DNA from: Zygnema circumcarinatum SAG 698-1b
Lineage: Eukaryota > Plantae > Zygnematophyceae
Assembly: GCA_037447605.1 (NCBI GenBank)
Contig: CM074814.1
Location: forward strand, 682,001 to 746,000
Length of the DNA: 64,000 nucleotides
Reading direction: 5' to 3'
Shown: one piece after another, positions 20,930 to 33,600 of the stretch
Position numbering within the stretch: the stretch's first letter is position 1
Layout: every line of letters begins with the position of its first letter
Notes under the pieces: model-generated
What the model was told of the DNA's origin: nothing
Seen by the model: only the letters and a program-made list of their open reading frames with translations
Database searches by the model: none
Program-made: the position numbers and the translations under genes

Positions 20930-23900
20930 ATGAGTGCATATGCTCTGCCGTCCCTGACAGCTGGCCGTCAGTGTTGCCCTATTGTTATTTCTTCTTGCTA
21001 TAGGGACTCTGAGGGACAATGGAACGCTCCTGCCTCCCGGAGAAACTTAGGTCTCAGGAAAACGCGCGTCTGCTTGTCTCCGCTCAAATTGAAGCAGATT
21101 TGGCTTACTGGAAAGGACTATCCTCTGCGGCAGAGTTCAGCATCTTTTGCTTTACAGCAACAATATTCGGCTTTCAATAATGGAAGGGGGGTAATTGGAT
21201 TTGGAATCAGGAGAGAAAGAAGAGGAAGCTGGTCATTGCGGCAGAACAATGTCGCAGGGAGGGCCTGGGGGCTCACTACAAGCAGCCATGGCGGGAGTGG
21301 TGGCTCCGAGGGCTACAATGCAGGTTTTGAAGATGCAGGAAATGGGTCTTCAAGGAGCCATAATGGTGCCTCTGCAAGAAAAGCGACGAAAAGGAGGTGG
21401 TCGGATGACGGGAACGACTCTGCACACTCAGATATTGAGCATCTAACTAATCCTGATTCTGCAGAGAAATTGCCAAAGAAGCAGAGGGCTTTGTCCCCCT
21501 CAAAAGTTGCTTGGTTTGTAGGAGCATTTGTTCTTGCAACAGCGGTTGCATTTGCACACAGGAAGGCAAAGCACCATCTTAGCAGTAACGTTCTTCCCCC
21601 TCTGGCAGCGATGGTTAGTGAGCAGCTTGGACGAGAGATAGAGCTTGGAAAGGTGCGACGCCTGTCACCTCTTGGCATAACGCTGGGACCCTGTTCGGTT
21701 GGTCCGGAGGAGGAGGAATTCTCCTGCGCCGAAGTGGCAGAGGTGGAAGTAAAGGTACGTGTGCGACCTCACGCGAACAATTCGAGAAGCGCGGTCGTAT
21801 CCGTGCCTTGTTTCGTTTCACTTGTTTGTAGAATGTGGTATAGTAACATCATTGTGGTGATTTTCAGAAACTTTTATTCTCGCAACTTATTTTTCGTATT
21901 AAGCTCCTCTGGAAGTTTATAGTTTAGTTTAGTTTAGTTTTAGTTTTTTTTCAACCGTTGAAAAAATCGTCAATGACTCATCGTCATTTGGCTACAAGTC
22001 GGCAGTACATACACTAGTGCTGGACTTGAAAGACCAGTACATGTTAGCGTGTTCCTCTGTGTTGGCTTCGAATGGATACACTTTCACTTACTTATTTTTT
22101 ACAAACCAAACTTCCTCCACCTTATTCTACTTTCGATGAACTCTCATGCCGTTTTCTGCTTTCCAGAGACGAGACATAGGCAACCGAAGTTGCCGGATCT
22201 GTTGCATGCTGAATATGGCCTATTTAGCTCAGTCGATCTAAATCTTGAATTGTTCAGGATTGTCCAAGAAATCGTTTGCATCTTGAAATTATTCCGTGGC
22301 CTCTTGAGTCCATTTGTTGTTCTTCAGTACAGCATTCCCAACCAAAGACCACTTCGTGCATTTGCCTTCTATCATAGATGCCAGAGCAGCGGGTTTATTT
22401 GAAGGTCAGGTACATGTGATGCCAGTTTAATTTCCCATCCTACCGCTGGTGTATGAGGTTGTGCGGGAGTCACAGTTAGAACCTTATGGAGCTTAATACG
22501 TTGTTTCCTACAACATGATTTGCATGACTTTTCTGATCATTGTTTGTTGGCACTTGCGTCAGTGCATGTGTCTTCAATATGCCGTGGGTCCGAAAGCTGT
22601 GATCACTTAGTAGACTCACGGGAGGGCTATGATGTGAAGCATGACGACATGAACTCCTTCATCTCTCCTTATGATGCAGTTTCGGCCGATCACAAGCCTT
22701 CGCAAGGGGCAGCTTGTTCTCGACGCTGTAGTCAACAAGCCGAGAGCACTTGTATCGCAGCTCCCTGATTGGACATGGCTGGAAATTCCAACGGAAATGG
22801 ATGAACATGTGAAGAGGACAAGTGCCGATTCCGGATTGGATGAGCGCACAGTGATCAGGCGGAAATCACGAGAACAGGGCTTACTTGAACTTTCAGGAGA
22901 GAGAACTGATTTGGCCAGACTGGGGGCTGAGCGGCGGTACAGGATTAGTCCCGGGGAGGTCCTGAGAGGAGAGGATGAGCTGAGAGAGCAGATGGGGATG
23001 ATGAAGACAGTTAAAGGAGCAGGCGAGAATCGTGTCGAGCGAGAGATTGTCACAGATGGTGGGTCGCCAGGAATAGAGGTGGAGATGGAGGAGGGAGAAG
23101 GAGACGGAGGGAATAATGGAGAGGAAGAGCTGGAAGCTGGAGGTTATCAGCGGTTAATGAAGGCAGGGGGTAAATGGATGAGAGGGAACATGCTCGATCC
23201 TGCTGCTGTGAGTTTTAAGGCCGTTCTGGAGAGAATGCAGCCACAGAAGGCGGAACCATCAAAGGCGGAGGCTATAGATAGGCTGTTGGATCGCAGTGCA
23301 GCTGCAGTTCTAAGAAAATTTGTGAAACTTGAAGCGGAGCAGAAGCAGTTTTTGGATGACTTTAACAGCCATGCACATATTGGGGCGGATGAAGGGTCGT
23401 TTAAGGGGGGATCAAGTAAGGATGAGGGTGGGTTTTTTTCTGACTATGGCAGCAATAATGAAGGACCTATTGCAGAAAGTAGAGCTCAGATTATGCCTGT
23501 AGAACCCGGTTTGAGGGAACAGATGCACGAAGGTGTCTCGCAAAGTGGAGTTAGCAGAGGAGAGAGAAGGTTGACTGCAGGGGAATCTGCAGAAACAAGG
23601 TCCTGGAGGAGTGAGAGAGAGGTGACTAGCAGAGATTCGAAGTCTGCGCTTCATGTTGAGCCTGCTTCCATAGAGTCCATACGTGAAGCTTTGGTTCGCG
23701 CAATTCAGGAACGGTCGAATGGGAGTCACCAAGAAGGGGGAAAGGGAAGCCAATTTGGTGGAGGAATGGTGCGAGCGATTGAGGGAGGGAAGGGACGGAG
23801 GGGAGGCAGCAGTAATGGTAATGTAAATGCAGAGGAAATGAGGGCTCCTGGATCAGGAGGAAGTAGGCTAGGAGGGGCACTATTGTTAGGAAGTGATATG

Positions 23901-24634
23901 TCAAACAACAGATCTGAAGAACAAGTGAGAAACAGATTATCTGATGAGGGTGGTAATGTGAACGGAAGAAGTGGAGATCGGAGAAGGCAGGCGCAAGAGG
24001 TGAGTTCCTTTATCAGAGGGTCTGTAAAGGAACTGAAGGTGACAGAACGGCTAATGTCTTCTTCGGAGAAGTTTGCCAACAAAGTGGAGTCAGGGGAGAG
24101 CGGCCAAGCCAAGGAAAAGGTGAATAGTAAAACGACGCAGAGCCACCTCAGGAAAGGGGATGGAGAAGGGAAGGGAGGCCGAAAGGGAATAGCCCAAACG
24201 GGGCCTCGTTTGTCGGAAGTGTCTGACAAAAACTCCGCTGAGGCCTTGAATTCAGCCCCTGTTGGTGTTAAGGGGAATGTAATTTCAGGTATTACGTTGG
24301 CTGGTATTGGCCGTCAGGCTGAGGGGCCTGTAGGAGGGGTAGTGAGGATTGAGGGGCAGCAGGCTGTGGGAGGAGATGCGAGTGGCAGTCTGAATGTGGA
24401 TAGTCAAGGAGTGTTGACATCCCAGAGCAAAGGAAAGAAGGGGAAAGGGAGTTCTAAGTTGGGCAAACCCGTGAAGGGGAAGAAGGCAGAAAGTTGGTCG
24501 CCTGTGGCGCTAGAACGAGTATTTATCAATGAAGGGACGCTGGTCTTGGTGGGTCATGGAGATGTCGAGCCAAGGTGAGGTTGGAATTGAATGACCAATG
24601 GTTGTGACTCCTGGAGTAGAATGATACCATGGAA

Positions 24635-24670
<36 letters not shown>

Positions 24671-27600
24671 GATTTTGTGAGGTTCTCTATGTCAATCAAG
24701 GAAGAGTTCTGAGTATGCTTGTAAGGCTGCCATCATACAGGAAATGTCAATCCCACAGCCCCATGAGTAATTGCTAGGGAATTTGTCGTCTTCCCTACAG
24801 AGCTTGGGACCACACAATCATTACCAGAATGAAGTCACACCCAACCACGGATCCATTAAAGTCACTTCCACACATTATCTATGGCAATGCTTTGCTATGC
24901 TGGAAAATCAAAGTTGCCTTGTAGCATCTTCGGAATTATTCATTGCCTACGGGATATCCTTTGCAGATTCATGGACGAAACTAATGGCTATGTGACTCTC
25001 AGCAAAAATTATCGTTGTTGCCACGTGGCAATTAGAGGGAATCTCAAAGAATGGAGGACCGGAAATCCTAGTGGAGATGGAGGCCGTCTAAACGTTAAAG
25101 TGGATGCAGACCTGGACAAGAAATCGTGGACTGTCTCGATTAGAGGAAGAAACCTGTTTGCCCCTGTACGGAGGAGCCTTACCTTTTATTTTTTTTAGTT
25201 TATGTTAGTTCAAGCAGCTGTGTGCTATTGGATGGAAGTGATGAACTACTGTATGTATTATGGAACTAATTGTGCTGTCAAGTGTCGGTTTTCTCGGTTG
25301 ATGTTTTTTGTATGGGAGTGGCTTTTTATTCAGCTGTTTGAACGATTGCTCGAGATTCCTTTGGATTGGTACAAGGGGAGGGCGGATGGAGATGTGAGTG
25401 CTCTGAAACTCTATTCAGAAGAGATGATTTTCCTTTTTAAAGTCTTTGCGTCTTCACCTTTGTACGCTGTCTGGAAATTGGAACCTGTAGAAGATTCCGT
25501 TGTAGGGATGACTGCAGCACAAGCAGTCATCTCATGGAAAACGTTTCAGCATTTGCCTTGTCTCTGGATTCAAGAGTCCTCTTAATGGTTTAAGGTTATC
25601 CAATGCAGCTCCTTATATGGATGAATGCGGAGGATACATTTCCTCATCTTCGAGGGAGAGTGGATGTGCACGATCTCGATTTTCAAATCTGGGAGTCTCC
25701 TTCGCCATTCATGGTGAGCTCCTAAAATCTCAGAGACTGCATACATACAAAGTCGTTTTCTGAGTGAGTTTCTATCTTCAAATCATGCGGTAATGAAGGT
25801 TAGGTTTTGGGTTACCCGACCGGTCACAAAACCCTTTTTCAGCCAAAGAATGAATTACTTTTGGCATATTGACTAACAAACGAATTGGATCTTTTGATCA
25901 ACATAGTAACCATTATTTACATATAGGCCATTGGTCCGAGCATTTACCTTTTTTCAAGTACATAAGCTGAGACTTTTGCCTCGGATGAGTTGCTCTTTCA
26001 TAGCTTAAGTGTGTTTTCATTCGATACTTATGCAATTGAAAGTGAGTCAATTGAGCCGTACGTATACTAAAGCTTTGAGGCCTTTGTGAGCTTTGCTTTT
26101 TGTTAATACCACTAAATCGAGTGAAAGTGTTCCTTTGTCTATTGATTTGTATATTCGGCAAAGTATGAATATGCTGAAGAAGTTACCTTAAAAAGGATCT
26201 GCGCTGTATCCATGATTTGCTATCAATCCAATGAACAAAAGCAAAAACATAATGTTCACTCCTTTCCTTATGGGGAGTATCTCTATGCAGCCAAGTGAGC
26301 CTTTATTGTATGAATGGCACGTCTCTCTTTGATGCAGGGTGTAAATGGAGCCCTTCTGTTTGAAGGGCAGCGGATGTTTTTCCATGATGCTACTGGTCAC
26401 TATGGGCACGTCCCACTCAATGTGTCTGGAGACATGGATATCAATCCAGTGAATGGAGAGTACCGACTGAGTGCTCAGGTATGGCTTTTCTGGCGATGTT
26501 TATCAACATAGAAAGATATGAACGACTCGGTTGTGAAGCCCTATGTTAAATTCATGCTGACAGCATCTGTTGGAATAGCGTGTAATTGCTCATTTATTGA
26601 ATGATTTGGAGTGAGGATGCTGGGTTGCCAGGCATCGCCTGTGGAGCTCAATTCTCTGATGCACACTTTGGGTGCGAAACCTCCGCCATATCCGGTAAAT
26701 ATTCAATAGGCCTCCGTTCTCAGAATTGTGGGAGGGATTGGGGGGGGGGGGGAGGGCATCCCTTAAGATTGTTAAATTTACTATCTATGCTTGAACGATT
26801 CATGAAGGACATCAAGCATTTGCAGAGAATATGTTAGATAAGCATCTGAGATGTAAGGCATGTTGCTGTTTCTTTGATTATTTCTGCATTGCAATGGAAA
26901 CAACAATCTATGGCACACTTGAGGTCAATACAATGTGAAGACTGGCTTTCCTTTCTCGACCTCATCTACGATCGATCCTTTGATATCCATTTGGGTTACT
27001 GCTAAGACTTCCTGGGTCCCTTTGGGTCTCCTTGGGAAAATCCCTTAGTCTCTGTGTAAGCTTTAAGCCTCCTCTGATCTCTCTCTAGCCTCTTTCTGTG
27101 AACTTTGAATAAACTTTACGTCCAATTAGGGCCCCTGTTGAGTGTCTTTGCTTTCCTGTGAATCCTACAAAAGGCAGCTGCTGTGCTTGTGATGTTTTAC
27201 CAGCTTGCAGGAGCTGTGAAAGGAGTAGTCTACTGTAGAGGCCCACTTGATATCCCGATATTTGAGGGCACAGTGGAGATGTCTAGCAGCCACGTTCCTC
27301 TCGCTCTCTCATCGACCCCCACTGATGCAACAAGAGCAATAGAGCTTGCAGCTGACAAAGGAGCAGTGGCAGCCTATGACAAAGTGCCGTTTACTTCCGC
27401 TTCTGGGAGCTTCATTTTCCGCACAGATGATTGTGTATGCCTTCTTCCTTCAACCTCCCGGGTTCTTCAAGAACTCCGTTTTTTATTTTTAAAAGAGGGT
27501 AGTTGCTTTCTATTGAAAAGCAAAGGAATCTCAATGCGGGTTTTTTTTATGAGTAATTATGTCTCATGCGGACTTCTTCCAATACTCCTCCCCCCTTCCT

Positions 27601-30600
27601 CTCCCTCTCCACCCCCCCCCCTCCCCCCCTCCTCCCACTCTCTCCCTTTCTAGGAATCTAAGAGCATCGACAGCCATGGTAGGGAGGTGATGCATGGTGG
27701 TGATGGGCTACATTACAGGTTGCCGATGTTTTTGGAATTAGAGTCGTTCCGGTGGGAGGAGGAGAGATAAGAGCAGCTGGAGACCTATGGGTCTGTCCAG
27801 AGGTATGCCTTTTTTCACCAAAGAATCCGGTCGCTATACTTAACTGTCGATGATAGCATAACAAATGGAAGCAGGAGACAATTTTCATTGTTCATCCCGA
27901 TTCGGCAAGTACTAGCCGAATTAGCCACATCATTCATTCTATGCGTCAGAAATGTTAATCAAAGCTTGTTTGCTTATACGAATCATGAATGCATCAGGGG
28001 ATATGGGCACGTGATTGATGGCTGCAGAGGTTTGACCTGGAGGGAATAGAACTGTTCACTTGTGCAGGGTGAAGAAGACCCACATTCAGTGAATGTGGAC
28101 TGTTGGGCTTTTGGCATTCCAACTGAGAATCTCCTTCAGTGGTATGCACCGACAGGGTTCGATGTACCGCCCGGCTCTATTGGAGTCACTCATGGAGAGG
28201 CCAAAGCGAGGGGGGCGCTGCTGATGCCGTATGGAACTCCCTCGTTTCTCCTCTCTGCCTCTCGCTCCCTCTCCCTCTCCCCCCCTCCCTCCCTCCCTCT
28301 ATGGGTTGTTAGGGTTTTCAGGGTTTCCGTACCCATTTGTGTCACACCTTTTCTTACATACTCGCGTTCGCTCTCTCCAAAAGGTTGTGTATTTGTTTAG
28401 GGGCTGAGGGATGAGGAGCGGTTGGCATCGTGGACTTGTCAGGGTACCTTTGTTCTGAATTTTGGTGACTTCAATCTTATCTGTTGCGTCATAGAACTCG
28501 GTGTTTTGTAGTGGCTAAGAACTCGGTGTTTTTTAGTGCATTGGACATCGTGTATATACTGATGGATGCCTTGCTGATATGTAATACATAAGAATATGGC
28601 AGCACCTCCCGTACCTTCCCTCTCCTATTTTCTCTCCTCTCTCCCTCCTTTGCTCCCCGCTTGCCTCTCTCCACTTTGCTCTCTTCTATTTACTCAACCG
28701 TCCTATCTCCTCTCTCCTCCTATCCTGTCTTGCTCCCAGAACAATCGATGTTGTGTGGACGGCTCCGGATGCAAGAGGGTCTTTGGAAGGGGCCCATGGA
28801 AAGGTGGCAATCAGCAGAGAAGCTATCTCAGTTAACTCATCTGCTTCTACCTTTGACCTTTTTGGAAAAGTAGACACTGCATACCCTCCACTACCACCCC
28901 GACCTACTCGTAGTGAAAGGAAAGCTTTCAGGCTTATGGGCCCAGTATCTGCATCTGGAAGACCCACAATAGAGGGTCTGGAATTAGACCTTCACCTGAA
29001 GGGCTTTGACGTTATGGGGCTTGCTTTCGGGGATTCTCAATTAAGGTCAGATAATCTCTCTCCCGTCCGGGCCAAGGTTGCTGGAAAGGTGAAGCTGAAA
29101 GGGAGAGTTCCCAGCGAGAAAGTGAACAAGGTAGAAGCCCGTAGTCAGATGGGGACGAAACTCAGTGGAAAGATATTGGGAGGAGAGGGAGAGAGGAGCG
29201 AGAGAGGGAAGCTCAAGAAGAAGGGAGAAAAAAATGGTGCAGGAGAGGGGAGCTTAGTTGGAGTGAGGCTCGGGGGAGAGGAACGCGACGGTGGTAGCAG
29301 GGAAGAAGGTGATATTCCAAAGAAGGGATTTCCAGGGCTGATGGGAGAGATTTCTATGCAGGGTTTAAAGCTGAATCAGCTTCTGGTAGGTTCCAACCTT
29401 CAGGGGCATTTTCAAGTCCTGGAGAGCGGGTTTGAGCTTCAGACAAAGGGGAGACCGGATGAACACTTAGCAGTACAGGTGGCGAAGTGTGAAGGGAGAG
29501 AGGGACGAGGAGTAGGAGGTGTGGGGGTGGGAGAGATAGGAGGGATGTTGTCCCTACAAAGGGGGGCTTTGAGAACTGAAGTACAATTTCAACCGGGAGT
29601 TGCAGCTGATGTACAGGTGAGCCTTCATTCTTGAAACCATACACGGTTCTCTTAGGCAGCATAGCCGTAAATATTGTTTTTATATTCCCACTGGAAATGC
29701 CTCTCTTTGTAGCTGAAGGGAGTTACTTGACACCTCTCCCATAGTTCCTCTCTCTCAGGTCCGCAATCTTACTCTGGACGAGCTGGAAGTAGCCTCCTTG
29801 AGGGGAGAAGTAGAGAAGGTGGATGTGCGCCTTGACTTTGGGAAGAGGAGGGGCTCCGGAGGCATGCTTATGTTAAGGCCTCGTTTCAGTGGCCTACATA
29901 GCGAGTCGCTGGAAGCCAACTTTCGCTGGACGGGAGATGTGGTGAGAGAGAGAGTTCTAACTGCCTCCTCTACTTCCCCTCACCTGTAGCTCTCACTCTC
30001 TTTCTCTCCTTCTCGCTCCTTCCCCCACATTTTCCTTCTCTCCTCCAACTTTCTCTCCTTCCCCCCATCCTGTCTTCATCCCTTCCCTCTTTTTCTCTCT
30101 CTTTCCTCTCTCTCTCGAATCCTTCCCACTAGAATGCTTCTTGTCCCACAGGTCAACTCCGGCGTTTAAAAACTAAGGGCTAGTGTTGAAAACACAAAAT
30201 CTCTTCCCCCACACCCATTTTACAAACCCCCTTTGCAAAGACAATTTTGCCTAATCGTAACTCACAATGCTCCTTGCTAGTGTAATTTGAATCTTTTGTC
30301 ATTTATACCCGTCATGTTGGTGCAGATTTCTTTGGAGCGGTCGGTTCTCGAGCAAGCAAACAGCCGCTATGTGTTGGAAGGGGAGTACGTTCTGCCGGGA
30401 CTACGAGACCGAGCAGCTTTGGAAGATAAGCAGGAGGAGGATAAGCTGTTGGGGAAAGCCATGGCTGGGCAGCTTCGCTCTATGATGAGCTCTATGGGGA
30501 GATGGCGGCTCAAATTGGATGTTCCTCGGGCAGAGATTGCAGAAATGTTGCCAGCTGCAAGGCTTCTTTCAAGGAACCGAGATCCCGCAGTTGTGTTCAG

Positions 30601-33600
30601 ATCAAAAGTGAGAAGAAACGTGGAGTTACTACCACAGTTTGGAATGTGAAAATCGTGGCTTAATAACGGTGGCCTCAAGTAGCCTTCCTTCCCGCTTTAT
30701 TATGGCTGATTTTGTTGGCGTTCTTTTATGTATGCAGGAAATGTTTGTGAATGGAGTTCAAAACGTTGGATTTGTGGCAAACAGCCTCAGCCAACAGCTC
30801 GAGGTGAGCTTTGAAAGCATTGTTTTCATTCGCTTTTTTTCTCATCCATGCTGTTGCTGCTCTGGTTCTTATTCTCTGTTTGTCCTCCCTCTCCTCCTAC
30901 TTCTACAAGTTCAGAACGGTTTGATTTTTTTTGCGACAAGGTCTGGAAAGGCATGGAAAACTAGCTCGAAATTTTCTGTATTGAATCTGCTGAGGCGTTG
31001 TAAACTGTGTGAGATATATGGTGGTCCATCTAACATAAATCGTTAAGTATTTTGCAGTATTTTCGCCATCGAAAGCCGATTGCCGAAGCAGCAGAAGCTG
31101 AGGTGGGAGAGCCGGCCGAAGCAACTGCACTTCCGGGATTGGCGGAACTGAGAGGACAGTGGCATGGAACGGTATCAGCAAGTGGAGGGGGGAACGGGGA
31201 CACAAAGGTGTGCTCTCCAATATTCGAAAGTTCAATCCCTCAAGATTTTGTGCCCTGGTGCAGCCTACTTAGGGTTTAAAGTAATAGGGTTTTTAGGGTT
31301 GGTTGGGATTGAAGCTAAACCGAGGTGTAGAGGACAAGGGGAAGACAAAGAGGTGTGGTTAGTGGTTTTGGGTGATGGGGTTCCTTTTCTGAAGAACGTG
31401 TATTGGATCCTGTATCTACTCTGTCTAGTAATCTTTACCATCTGATTTTTCTATTACTGCGAGTTGTTGTTCCTCTACTTTGCACACATTTTCGTGCAAA
31501 GTCAGCCCTTACACTTTTCTACTAACCTACAACATTGCTTGCCCATGTTTTCCTGCTCTTCTGAACCTTGTCTAACGCAACGCTTCCCCCTTAGCTGACT
31601 ATATAAAGTTTTGCAAACTTCCCTTTCTGAACTCCTCTTTTGCAGGCTGACTTTGATCTGCAAGGCCATAACTGGGAGTGGGGGGCCTATTCTATGCAAG
31701 AGGTAGAGGTTTCTGGAGACTATAGCAACCACCAGGGCCTCCGTTTAGAGAAGCTCTTTATCCGCCATAATCAAGCCACTCTGCATATGGAGGGGACTCC
31801 AATGGGGCCCGCTCCTAACCTCCATTTTGCAGTCCTTCATTTCCCTGCAAATCTTGTACCACCTGTTTTGCAAGCCATGAAATCAGAAAGCACCCAAGAG
31901 GGGTCCCAGCAAGAGCATATGCCCCCCCCTGCTCCGATAAAGGGGATCATATTTGTGGAGGGAGACTACAAAGGGCGGTGGCCGAAACCCCAATGTGAGG
32001 TAACAGTGCAGTTATTAGATGGGGCAATTGGGGGGGTGAGTTTGGAGAGAGCGGAGGTAGCTGCTTCCATTACTTCATCCTCTCGGCTTGCCTTCCATTC
32101 TTACTTGAAACCGGCAGATATTGGAGGACAAGTGCGAGTGAAGGGGAATATTCCGTTCACTTTAACGGAGGAGGAGGAGATGGAAGGGGATAGGTGGGTG
32201 GAGGGGAGTGAGGAGAGGACGGCAGTAGCGACTGAGAGGGACAGCGATTGGGAACGGGAAAAGGAGAGGGAGAGAGAACGGGAATGGGAGAGTGAAATCG
32301 AGGGAGAGGATGACGAGCGGAGGGATGAGATTAGAGAGGCGAGAGAGGGAGTGAAGCTGCTGTTGGAGAGTGCTCGAGCTTTGGATAGAGGTGATCTTGG
32401 AAAGGGAGCGGTAGAGATCGATGTAGAAGTGAAAGATGGTGGAATGCGTCTCCTTACTGCTCTCTCTCCCGGCTTACAATGGCTGCAAGGCTCTGCCGAA
32501 GTCATGGCTCAGGTATCTTCATGACTGACAAGGATTTGTTTTGGTGATTTTTCTTTCCTTCTCAATTTTCTACTACCCCGTTCCCTCATAGATGTATTGA
32601 GCTCAAACAGTCCACATGTAAGGCATAAGAGTTTGAACGTACCCTTACCCAGCTCTTGAAACTGTACATGTATGTCCGATTCATTCTGAAAACTTTGCGG
32701 CCGTGGCATACTTCCTTTTCTCTTGTTTCTTTGCTTGTAAGCTAAAGTCTTGAACCCTAAACAATATCTAAATCTACTTATATCCTAGACTTCCAAAAAA
32801 GCCTGAAGGACCTTCAATTATTTACTCTAAAACCCATAATACCTTCGAAAACCGAACCTCTGGAAAAGCTCTGAAACCCTAACAATCCAATACGTCAGGT
32901 GAGGGGCACCTTCTACTCCCCCGACATCACCGGCGTAGCAACGTTGAACCGGGTGGCTATCTCCTCTCCTGTTCTCCCTCGCCCTCTCACTAATTTGGGA
33001 GGGACTATAAGGGTACGTGAAAACCAGCTTTATGTGGAGGAATTGGAGGGGAGGCTCGGGAGAGCAGGAGTGTTGGTAGTGAAGGGGCAGCTCCCCTTTA
33101 AGCCGAGGGAGGAGCCCAATATTGGGGATGGGATCACAATCAAGGCAGACGCATTGGAAGTCCGGGCCCGCAATGTATTCAGGTAACGTGGCATACATCC
33201 ATTCTTTTTTTTAATACGAGTAAAATTTGGAGATTGGCCTTTAAACGGCAGTTTTCTTCACTTTCTTCTGCTTGCATTACATCATGCTAATCATGAATCA
33301 TCAATCATCTTCATCATCACATCGTGAAAGGTCTCTCTCTCTCATATCATCTCTCCCTCTCCTCTCTCTCTCACTCGCTCCTGTGCCTCTCCCTCGTTCC
33401 GGCTGTACAGTGGCCAAGTGGACAGCCAACTACTGGTTATGGGCTCCCTCAAGGAGCCGGAAGTTACTGGTATCATAAATCTCTCCCGCGGAAACGTGTA
33501 TCTCTCCCAAGAGAATACGGTGAACAACGATGCTCCATCAGCGGCAGTAGGCAGCCATGGTTGGACTGCTGCCCAGGGGAATGCAGGTCAGTCTTTCTCC

